A stretch of DNA of 64,000 nucleotides. Origin: Nitrosopumilus sp. GTDB lineage: Archaea; Thermoproteota; Nitrososphaeria; Nitrososphaerales; Nitrosopumilaceae. Location of the stretch: assembly GCA_014384555.1 (NCBI GenBank), contig JACNFR010000055.1, positions 7,240-71,239 of the forward strand. Reading direction: 5' to 3'. Positions 35,824 through 43,788 of this stretch are shown one piece after another. A program made the position numbers and the translations under genes. How positions within the stretch are numbered: the stretch's first letter is position 1; the number at the start of each line of letters is the position of its first letter. The notes beneath the pieces are model-generated. The model made no database searches. It saw only the letters and a list, made by a program, of their open reading frames with translations, and was not told the DNA's origin.

Positions 35824-37570
35824 CTGATTTTGCTAAATTTCTAGGATAGTCAGGATCTGTATTTTTTTGAAGAGCTGCATAGTACGATAACAACTGAATT
35901 GGAATTATTTCTGAAATAGGATACAACACTTCATCGATTTTTGGCATTTCTATCCAGTGATCATAAACATCACTTTCTATATCTGAAACTCCAATAATTT
36001 TTGCTCCACGAGCTTTAATTTCCCTTGCACTTGTTAGCGTATCTAAATACGTTGAATCATTTGGATTGATGATTATTACAAATACACTTGAATCCATCAA
36101 TGCAAGAGGCCCGTGTTTTAATTCTCCTCCTGCAATTCCTTCTGCATGAATGTATGTTAATTCTTTTAGTTTTAATGCGGTTTCTATTGCAATTGGATAA
36201 TTAATCCCTCTACCTAAAATGTAAATATCTGAAACTTCTTTTAGCTCTTTTGCAATATGTTGAATCTTTATTGTATTCTCTAATATTTTTAAGATTGATT
36301 TTGAGAAATTTTCAAAGTTGATTGTTATACCATTATTGCTTAATTCCTGAACAATTTTGTACAATATTACTAGTTGTGATGTAAAACTTTTTGTTGCAGC
36401 TACCCCGATTTCTGGACCGCAATTCATTCCAATTACCACGTCTGCCTCACGTACAAGTGATGACGTCATTAAATTTACAATGGCAATAATTTTACAATTT
36501 GCTTGTTTTCCAATTTTTACTGCCTCTAAGACATCTGCACTTTCCCCACTTTGCGATATTGCAATTATGATTGAATTCTCCTCAATACTTTCTGGTGCAA
36601 ATTGAAGCTCACTTGACATAACTGTCTCTGCCTTTATTTTGACATATTTTGATAGAATTTGCTTTGCAATAAGGGCAGAATTGTAACTAGTTCCACTTCC
36701 TGTAACATAGATATTTTTTGCATGTTTGATATAATCTGCCGTTTTTTCAATTGCCTCTAGAGTTTTTTCTCCTGCTTTCAGTATAGTTTCAGGTTGCTCG
36801 TAAATTTCTTTTAATGTAAAATGTGCATAATCTCCTTTGTATGCATCTCCAAATTCTTTGGATACTTTGGTAATTCCATATTTTGCATGTTCTCCTTGAA
36901 AATCTAGAATTTGAAATTTGTTTTTCTCCAAAATAACAAAATTTCCATTTTCCAAATAAATTGCATCATCAGTAAACTCAATAAATCCTAAAACATCACT
37001 TGACAAAAAGAAATCATTCTGTCCAACTCCTATGATCAATGGTTCATGAAATCTTGCAGCTGCGAGTTGTCCATTTTCAAACATTGCCACAAATGCATAA
37101 TGCCCTTTAATTTCTGAAACAGTTTTCAAAATTGTTTCTTTCACATCTTTTGTTTCTTTATAGTATTTTTGAAGTAAATTTGCAATAATTTCGCTGTCTG
37201 TCTCACTTTTGAAATTATACCCTTCATCTTGCAATTGCTTCTTTAATTCCTCAAAATTTTCAATAATTCCATTGTGTACTATGGCAATTTTTCCTGAATT
37301 GCTTTGATGTGGATGTGCATTAAAATCCGTAACTTTTCCATGTGTTGCCCACCTTGTATGTCCAATACCTATTTTCCCTGGAAGTGAATCTAGTTGAATT
37401 TTTGAATTTACTTCATTTACTTTACCAATTCCTTTTTTTAATTCAATTTGATGGTCTGATTCTGTTGCAACTCCTACACTATCGTATCCGCGATATTCCA
37501 TTCGTTTTAATCCCTTGACGATTATGGGAGCTGCTGTTTTATTCCCATAATAGCCTATTATTGAACACAT
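35810..37570 (-). CDS. glmS: glutamine--fructose-6-phosphate aminotransferase
   Basis: 586 aa with an MCSIIGY N-terminal nucleophile, GHTRWATHG and two SIS domains. Confidence 0.92.
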   Translation of the reverse strand: MCSIIGYYGNKTAAPIIVKGLKRMEYRGYDSVGVATESDHQIELKKGIGKVNEVNSKIQLDSLPGKIGIGHTRWATHGKVTDFNAHPHQSNSGKIAIVHNGIIENFEELKKQLQDEGYNFKSETDSEIIANLLQKYYKETKDVKETILKTVSEIKGHYAFVAMFENGQLAAARFHEPLIIGVGQNDFFLSSDVLGFIEFTDDAIYLENGNFVILEKNKFQILDFQGEHAKYGITKVSKEFGDAYKGDYAHFTLKEIYEQPETILKAGEKTLEAIEKTADYIKHAKNIYVTGSGTSYNSALIAKQILSKYVKIKAETVMSSELQFAPESIEENSIIIAISQSGESADVLEAVKIGKQANCKIIAIVNLMTSSLVREADVVIGMNCGPEIGVAATKSFTSQLVILYKIVQELSNNGITINFENFSKSILKILENTIKIQHIAKELKEVSDIYILGRGINYPIAIETALKLKELTYIHAEGIAGGELKHGPLALMDSSVFVIIINPNDSTYLDTLTSAREIKARGAKIIGVSDIESDVYDHWIEMPKIDEVLYPISEIIPIQLLSYYAALQKNTDPDYPRNLAKSVTVK

Positions 37571-37622
37571 AATGATTCTCTTTGATAATTGGGGGTATTT
37601 ACTGATAACCCTATATTTTTGA

Positions 37623-38258
37623 TTATTCTGTTGAAGAAGTTTTATCTTTTGGGACTTCAGATGTAGTTTCAGTTGGTTTTTCTACAGCAGTATCTTTTGG
37701 TACCTCATCACCATCGGCTGTTTCTTCTGTAGCTTCTACTACTGGCTCTTCTTTCTTTGTTTTCTCTAACATTTCTGGAATCTTTGATTCTGGTGTGAAA
37801 TGAACACTATCTTCTTCATCAACTGTAACAGTATAAGATGGAATGTCTATTTTTCTATCTCCGATCATAATGTGACCGTGAATCACTGCTTGTCTTGCTT
37901 GGTATGGTGTCTTGAATCCAAGTTTTTTTGTAACAATAGTTTGTAATCTTCGTGAAAGTAAATCAGTTGCATTTAGGTTAAGCACATCATCTAATGTTGC
38001 ATCGCCACTTACCAAACCTATTCTTACAAGAGAGTTCATCAGGATTGGTTCTTTTTCTGCTCTAACTTCTTGTCTTAATGCAAGTAATGATCTAGCTTGA
38101 TGTCTTACACGTGATAGTTCTGTGTGTGCTTTCCATAATTCTTTTTTAGTTCTTAATCCAAATGTTCCGAGAGTTTTTAGCTCCTCCATTTTTAATTCAT
38201 AATTAAGAGGTCTTTTTGGTTTTCTCCATACTTTACGTGGGTATTTTGGATCTCCCAT
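37623..38258 (-). CDS. rps4: 30S ribosomal protein uS4 with acidic/Thr-rich C-terminal extension
   Basis: MGDPKYPRKVWRKPKRP... canonical archaeal S4 followed by a roughly 45-aa tail (EKTKKEEPVVEATEETADGDEVPKDTAVEKPTETTSEVPKDKTSSTE). Confidence 0.9.
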   Translation of the reverse strand: MGDPKYPRKVWRKPKRPLNYELKMEELKTLGTFGLRTKKELWKAHTELSRVRHQARSLLALRQEVRAEKEPILMNSLVRIGLVSGDATLDDVLNLNATDLLSRRLQTIVTKKLGFKTPYQARQAVIHGHIMIGDRKIDIPSYTVTVDEEDSVHFTPESKIPEMLEKTKKEEPVVEATEETADGDEVPKDTAVEKPTETTSEVPKDKTSSTE

Positions 38259-38267
38259 TCATAACAC

Positions 38268-38828
38268 CTATTCTTTTTTCTCCGCTGCTGGAGCTGCTGC
38301 GGCTGCTGGAGCTGCTGCGGCTGCTGGAGCTGCTGCGGCTGCTGGAGCACCTGCTCCTCCTTTCTTAACTGGAGCTGCCATTCCACCTTTAGCTACACCA
38401 ACTGCACCACCTTTTCTGCCAGATGTTCTCGTTCTTTGTCCTCTAACTTTGAGACCACTTAGATGACGATAACCTCTCCAACTTGCAGTAATTCTTTCTC
38501 TTTCAATATCATTTCTTAATGTAAATGGAATGTCTGAAGTTAACAAATGTAAATCTGCGCCAGTTTCAATATCTTTTCTTCTGTTAAGGAACCATATTGG
38601 AAAATTACTTGCAATAGGATCTGTGATCAATTTTTCAATTCCTTTGACATTTTCATCAGTAAGGTTGCCAATATTGGAATTTGGATTAATTTTTAGAGTA
38701 TCAAGAATTGCAGTTGCAAAATTGAATCCTAGTCCTTTGATTTGGGTTAATCCGATAACCATTTTCTTCTCTCCACGGATATCGTTTCCTACAATTCTGA
38801 CAATGTGTCTATATTCTTGTGCGCTCAA
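38268..38828 (-). CDS. rps13: 30S ribosomal protein uS13 with Ala/Pro-repeat C-terminal tail
   Basis: [27 protein letters not shown] canonical S13. The tail is [30 protein letters not shown]. Apparent TTG start. Confidence 0.9.
   Translation of the reverse strand: MSAQEYRHIVRIVGNDIRGEKKMVIGLTQIKGLGFNFATAILDTLKINPNSNIGNLTDENVKGIEKLITDPIASNFPIWFLNRRKDIETGADLHLLTSDIPFTLRNDIERERITASWRGYRHLSGLKVRGQRTRTSGRKGGAVGVAKGGMAAPVKKGGAGAPAAAAAPAAAAAPAAAAAPAAEKKE
38284..38349. repeat. perfect 18-bp tandem repeat (3.7 copies) encoding the uS13 (APAAAA)n tail
   Basis: GCTGCTGGAGCTGCTGCG repeated exactly at 38284, 38302 and 38320, with a partial fourth copy. Confidence 0.95.
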
Positions 38829-38952
38829 GTATTCAAAAATTCGAAGAATCCCAGATAAAAACCATGCTAGGCATCAAATTATGTAATTTTTGAAATATGG
38901 GAAAATTATTGTTTTAAGATCATGCCTAATACTGGTAATTTTTTGAATTTTG

Positions 38953-39105
38953 TTATCTAAAGTCCTCATCGTTTGTCCAGTCATTACCTTGGACATTCCA
39001 TTGGTTGCATTTACAGCATTTTTTAACTCCTCTTTGAGCATCAATATCTACACAAAAACAGTGTATTCCTTTTCCAGATGTATCCTTACTACAGAGCTTT
39101 TGCAT
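38953..39105 (-). CDS. 50-aa cysteine-rich mini-protein (below the ORF-track cut-off)
   Basis: My translation: MQKLCSKDTSGKGIHCFCVDIDAQRGVKKCCKCNQWNVQGNDWTNDEDFR, with 6 Cys. The hydrophilic composition contrasts with the shadow-like plus-strand ORF 38950..39147. Confidence 0.35.
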   Translation of the reverse strand: MQKLCSKDTSGKGIHCFCVDIDAQRGVKKCCKCNQWNVQGNDWTNDEDFR

Positions 39106-39190
39106 GATTTTTTTGAAATCTTTTTCTTAATTATTCTATTGGAGTAATCTAATCCAAAAGTTATTACTTTGAAAATCTCCTAATTTAATT

Positions 39191-39502
39191 ATGAGTGATT
39201 CTTTTGATCGTGAAAAAATTGTAGAATGTATGTTTGATCCTACCACTTCCTCCATTTTGGCAGAACTTGAGGATGGTGAAAAAGAATGTTCATTTTTGGC
39301 TGAACAGTCATCTGTTTCTGAATCTGAAGTTCTCGAAAGACTCTCATATTTGATTGAGCATGGATTTATCTCAAAGAATTCTGATGATGGAAAATGTGTT
39401 CTAGCCGCAAACTCTGAGAAATTAACAAGTATTATCGAAAATGGTGATAATTTTGATGCAACTATTAGTGGATTGGAAAAAATGGATAGTTACCTAAACT
39501 GA
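39191..39502 (+). CDS. small winged-helix (ArsR/TrmB-like) putative transcriptional regulator
   Basis: 103 aa. SSILAELEDGEKECSFLAEQSSVSESEVLERLSYLIEHGFISK has the helix-turn-helix plus wing layout. The assignment is by pattern only. Confidence 0.45.
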   Translation: MSDSFDREKIVECMFDPTTSSILAELEDGEKECSFLAEQSSVSESEVLERLSYLIEHGFISKNSDDGKCVLAANSEKLTSIIENGDNFDATISGLEKMDSYLN

Positions 39503-40000
39503 TCTTCTTTTATTTTTAATTTCAGATATCCCAATTACTGCCAACCCTACCATTCCAATGATCAATAAAGATAAGGCAATAGTTGAAAGAATTAATTTTT
39601 TGTCTGCATTTGGAAGTGGTCCGATTGCCCCTGTCACATAAATTTCATTATCATCTGAACTTTCGATAATTAATTGATACGTTCCTGATTCAAATATATT
39701 AAATTCTCTTTCAATAGTCTCTTCATTTACTTTATGAGAGATTATTTCAATATTTGATGGATCTAATATTTTTGCAGAAATTGTATTTTCTTTAAATTCC
39801 ATAACCTGAACTGCAAAAATTCCAACAGGTGTCACTTCTTTATCCATTTCAACTGAAACTGTTATTGTCTCAATTGAACTTACTTTTCCATTTTCTTGAT
39901 TAATTCCTTCTAATGTTATTTTGTTTTCAACTAGGGATACTGCTAATCCTCCCACAATCAGTAATCCAAAAATTACTATAGCTAATCCTGATTTCTGCAT
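39494..40000 (-). CDS. membrane-anchored extracytoplasmic protein (N- and C-terminal TM segments), unknown function
   Basis: 168 aa with an N-terminal hydrophobic segment, a beta-rich middle (…ESGTYQLIIES…) and a C-terminal helix followed by KNKRRSV. Confidence 0.55.
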   Translation of the reverse strand: MQKSGLAIVIFGLLIVGGLAVSLVENKITLEGINQENGKVSSIETITVSVEMDKEVTPVGIFAVQVMEFKENTISAKILDPSNIEIISHKVNEETIEREFNIFESGTYQLIIESSDDNEIYVTGAIGPLPNADKKLILSTIALSLLIIGMVGLAVIGISEIKNKRRSV

Positions 40001-40135
40001 GGATTTACGCTGATTTTCTTTAGTTTAAACCTAATTTTTTCTAAATCCTTGAATTAGTATGAAAAAGTTAGACAAGGCTAAAAAAGTTAGCTTATGGCAA
40101 CTTTATATTATTGTTATTTTCTCATGACATTGTTA

Positions 40136-41200
40136 ATGAAAATAAAATCTCGTTCTAGTATTATGATGATGTCTGTTTTAGTAATTATTGCAGTATCTGC
40201 TCTATTCGTTGCCTTTCCTGAAGGAATTAGTGCTCAACAAGATGAAAATGTCTTTGTCACTCATAGTGGTGCAGTGGTTAAAACTACTGGTGAAGTGTTA
40301 GATCCTCTTTACACTAGTGCAACTGTGGAATTTGATCCAATGGAGTATTTACGTGATTTCAACTATGGACGAATTTCACAACTTGATGATGGCACGACTC
40401 TAAGAGAATTCACAATTATTGCCGATGATGATAAAATTATGGAAGTCTCTCCTGGAATATTCTTTAATGTATGGACTTTCAATGGAACGGTTCCGGGTCC
40501 AACAATAAGGGCTACTGAAGGGGACATTGTCCGTGTAAATTTCATCAACAATGGTTCAAAAGAACACACAATGCATTTTCATGGAATTCACCCTGCAGAG
40601 ATGGATGGAGTATTTGAAATAGTGGGTTCTGGTGGAGGACAATTTACCTATGAATTTGAAGCAGGCCCTGTTGGTGTTCACCCATATCACTGTCATGTTA
40701 TGCCACTTGAAGAACATATTGTACGTGGTCTATATGGTGTCTTCATTGTTGATCCAAAAGAGAGTAGACCTGCAGCAGATGAAATGGTTATGGTGTTAAA
40801 TGGTTTGGATATGGACTTTGATGGAGAAAATAATTTCTATGCTGCAAATACGATTCCATTTTACTATCAACATCATCCAATTCAAATTAACATCAATGAA
40901 CTAGTCCGTGTTTATGTCGTAAACATGGTTGAATTTGATCCGATAAACAACCTTCACTTGCATGGTAATCTATACAATTACTATCCAACAGGAACTGATA
41001 TTGTTCCTTCTGCTTATACTGATATGATTACTCTATCTCAAACTGAACGTGGTATTATGGAGTTCAAGTATGAATACCCTGGAAAATATCTATTCCACGC
41101 CCATAAGGTAGAATTTTCAGAAAAAGGTTGGGTTGGAATATTCTTAGTCAATGATAATCAGCAAGATAAAAAATCCGAGTCGGTAGAATATGGAAGTTAA
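40136..41200 (+). CDS. secreted two-domain multicopper oxidase
   Basis: Signal-peptide-like start MKIKSRSSIMMMSVLVIIAVSALFVAFPEGISA (the track ORF begins at 40094). Four copper-ligand motifs: HTMHFHG, HPYHCHV, LHLHGN and FHAHK. The H-C-H motif lies in the first half. Confidence 0.8.
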   Translation: MKIKSRSSIMMMSVLVIIAVSALFVAFPEGISAQQDENVFVTHSGAVVKTTGEVLDPLYTSATVEFDPMEYLRDFNYGRISQLDDGTTLREFTIIADDDKIMEVSPGIFFNVWTFNGTVPGPTIRATEGDIVRVNFINNGSKEHTMHFHGIHPAEMDGVFEIVGSGGGQFTYEFEAGPVGVHPYHCHVMPLEEHIVRGLYGVFIVDPKESRPAADEMVMVLNGLDMDFDGENNFYAANTIPFYYQHHPIQININELVRVYVVNMVEFDPINNLHLHGNLYNYYPTGTDIVPSAYTDMITLSQTERGIMEFKYEYPGKYLFHAHKVEFSEKGWVGIFLVNDNQQDKKSESVEYGS

Positions 41201-42368
41201 TAATAAATCCTCAAAAGGTAAGATGATTGCAAGTGGTGTAATTCCATTTGTATTTTTAATTATCTTGATTGCGTATATTTTTGGTCCTGGATCTGAATTA
41301 TTGGATTTGGGTGTTCCATTGCCTGAGGTAACTATGGAAAAAGTTGATTTTCTAGATTCTGAAATTCAAGTTACAGTTAGAAACACAGGTCCAATACCTG
41401 TAGAAGTTGCAATGGCAGACATAAATGATAGGATACAGCCTGCAGCAGTTGAACCTGACAGATACCTAGAACGATATGAAACAGCTCTCGTTAGAATCCC
41501 TTTTGAATGGAATGAGGCAGAACCCTATAGAATTGGAATTACAATTGAGGATGGAACTAGATTTGAGAAAGAGATTGAAGCCGCAGCTCCTGCATTAGAA
41601 CCAAGTCTTGAGCTTTTAGGATTTTTTGCAATAATTGGAACTTATGTTGGAATAATCCCTGTAATGATTGGATTACTTTGGTTGCCATTTATTAGACGAA
41701 TTAGCAAACAAAAATATCATTTCTTTTTGGCACTAACTGCTGGATTATTATTATTTTTAGGGATTGATTCTGTTGAAGAAGCATTAGAGGTTTCAGATGA
41801 AAGTCTTGCAGGTAGCTTTAACGGAGTATTGCTTGTTGCAACTGTTTTGATATTATCTTTTCTCGGATTATATTATACTGGTGAAAAATTAGTAAGTAGA
41901 GTAAAATCATCTAGGATAACAAAACCTGTTGCAATTGCATTGATGATATCTATTGGTATCGGTCTTCATAACTTTGGTGAAGGACTTGCAATAGGAGCAG
42001 CTGTAGGTCTTGGATCCATTGCCTTTAGCACATTTTTAATTATAGGTTTTGCACTACATAATACAACTGAAGGAATTGCGATAGCTTCACCATTATCTAG
42101 AGAGAAAAAAGTGATTGGAAAACTTGTTGCCATGGGATTAATCGCTGGCGCTCCAGCTATTTTTGGTGCATGGATAGGTGGCTTTGTTTATTCACCATTT
42201 ACGTCCGTTGTGTTTTTGTCAATTGGTGCGGGAGCAATATTTCAAGTTATCATTACTATTCTAAAGTGGATACGAGAGGAGGGTGACAAAAATCTTTCAA
42301 GTGCTGCAGTTGCATCTGGTTTTGCAATTGGAATGGTAATCATGTATTTGACTAGTATATTGGTCTAA
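41190..42368 (+). CDS. ZIP-family divalent metal permease with N-terminal extracytoplasmic domain
   Basis: 392 aa with GLHNFGEGLAIG and ALHNTTEGIAIA (ZupT/ZIP signature helices). The ATG overlaps the MCO stop region by 11 nt. Confidence 0.85.
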   Translation: MEVNNKSSKGKMIASGVIPFVFLIILIAYIFGPGSELLDLGVPLPEVTMEKVDFLDSEIQVTVRNTGPIPVEVAMADINDRIQPAAVEPDRYLERYETALVRIPFEWNEAEPYRIGITIEDGTRFEKEIEAAAPALEPSLELLGFFAIIGTYVGIIPVMIGLLWLPFIRRISKQKYHFFLALTAGLLLFLGIDSVEEALEVSDESLAGSFNGVLLVATVLILSFLGLYYTGEKLVSRVKSSRITKPVAIALMISIGIGLHNFGEGLAIGAAVGLGSIAFSTFLIIGFALHNTTEGIAIASPLSREKKVIGKLVAMGLIAGAPAIFGAWIGGFVYSPFTSVVFLSIGAGAIFQVIITILKWIREEGDKNLSSAAVASGFAIGMVIMYLTSILV

Positions 42369-43717
42369 TTTGGTTCTGGATGAATAGTGATTACAGAATT
42401 TTTAATTTCTGTTCTGATTAGATGTTCGATTTCAGATGTTAAATCATGAACTTTTTCAATTGACAAATTTTTGTCAAATGAACAATCAATGTCTATTTTG
42501 AGAATATTTTCAAATTTCAAAGATAATATTCTGCCAATTTTTTTAATATCTGAATATTTTTCTAATATTGTCTTAATTCTTTGTTCAGTTTCAATGTCTT
42601 CAATATTGAAATTTTCGGGAACTGTAACAAATGGCTCCAAGTGAATGGTGGCGTGGGTTATTTCGGGAATTTGCTCTTGAATCCTTTGTTCAATTATTTC
42701 AGAAATTTTATGAGCAGATAATAGATTAATTTCTCTATCTACCATTACGTGCAGATTAGAGTATGTCTTTCCTTTCGTTTTGTGTGTGATGACATTATGA
42801 ACTCCTTTAACTCCCTCTACATTTTGTGCAATTTCTAAGATTTTTGCATCTAATGGAACATCTTTCCAATTAGGTTCAAAATGTATTGTAGTTGATGCAT
42901 TTGAAATTTTGTTTTTAATATTTCTCTCCACACTATCACTAATTTCATGAGCTTTATCAAAACTAGTATCTCCTCGCAATGAAATGGTAACATCTGCAAA
43001 AATTGTATCCCCTGATCTTCTCATGAGTATTGATCCTGTATCAATTACGCCTTCAGTTGATATCGTAATTTCTCTAACCTTTTTTACCAATTCTGGTGAT
43101 ATCACATCAGTCAAATCTAATGCTGTTTTGTAAATTAATTTTACACTGAGTATTGCTAACAATACTCCCAAAATTAATGCTGCAACAAAGTCTCCAAAAT
43201 ACAATCCATATGAAACTAGAACAATTCCTGCAATTGCAACTACAGTAGAGCCAAGATCCATGAATGCATGATAAAAATCTGCTTTTAGAGTGGCACCTCC
43301 AATTTTTTTAATAGATCTTTTCAAAAGTATTATTCTAAAAAAGTCAATACCGATTGTGTATAGGCCGCCAATTATTGCAAACAATCCTGGCAAAACACTT
43401 GGTGGTGGACTTTGCAATCTGTTGATGGACTCGTAAATGAAAAAACAAGCAATTAGAAAAATTGCTATTCCTCCAATCAATCCTCCTAGAGATTCGATTT
43501 TCCCATGACCATACGTATGTTCTTCATCTGGAGGTTTTATTGCCCATCTTGCTGCTAGCAATAAAACAAGTGTGACTACACTGTCTAGTAAAGCATGAAT
43601 ACTGTCTGTTATCAGTGCAAGACTGTTTGAGATTAATCCAAAAACTAATTCTACTAAAAATGCTGAAAAAATAGCTAAAAGTGAAATCTGTAAAACCTTG
43701 GTTCTTTGAACAAACAT
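42365..43717 (-). CDS. cation diffusion facilitator (CDF) metal exporter with three tandem C-terminal cytoplasmic domains
   Basis: 450 aa with a six-TM domain carrying ITDSIHALLDS and YHAFMDLGS (HxxxD pairs). Three consecutive ~75-aa alpha/beta modules follow, each ending TIHFEP, TIHLEP or TIHPEP. Confidence 0.85.
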   Translation of the reverse strand: MFVQRTKVLQISLLAIFSAFLVELVFGLISNSLALITDSIHALLDSVVTLVLLLAARWAIKPPDEEHTYGHGKIESLGGLIGGIAIFLIACFFIYESINRLQSPPPSVLPGLFAIIGGLYTIGIDFFRIILLKRSIKKIGGATLKADFYHAFMDLGSTVVAIAGIVLVSYGLYFGDFVAALILGVLLAILSVKLIYKTALDLTDVISPELVKKVREITISTEGVIDTGSILMRRSGDTIFADVTISLRGDTSFDKAHEISDSVERNIKNKISNASTTIHFEPNWKDVPLDAKILEIAQNVEGVKGVHNVITHKTKGKTYSNLHVMVDREINLLSAHKISEIIEQRIQEQIPEITHATIHLEPFVTVPENFNIEDIETEQRIKTILEKYSDIKKIGRILSLKFENILKIDIDCSFDKNLSIEKVHDLTSEIEHLIRTEIKNSVITIHPEPN

Positions 43718-43788
43718 TTTCCTACTTTTTGATTATTTGAATCACGTATTACCGTTTTCTAAGAAGAATTGATGCGACAACATTATTT

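Noticed and set aside
38950-39147. 65-aa plus-strand ORF
   Set aside because: It is hydrophobic and low-complexity, and is the mirror frame of the Cys-rich minus-strand ORF. Neither is proven; the minus-strand one is preferred.
40059-40127. 22-codon upstream ORF (MKKLDKAKKVSLWQLYIIVIFS) ahead of the multicopper oxidase
   Set aside because: It is tiny and overlaps the alternative long start of the MCO. I have no way to judge translation from sequence alone.
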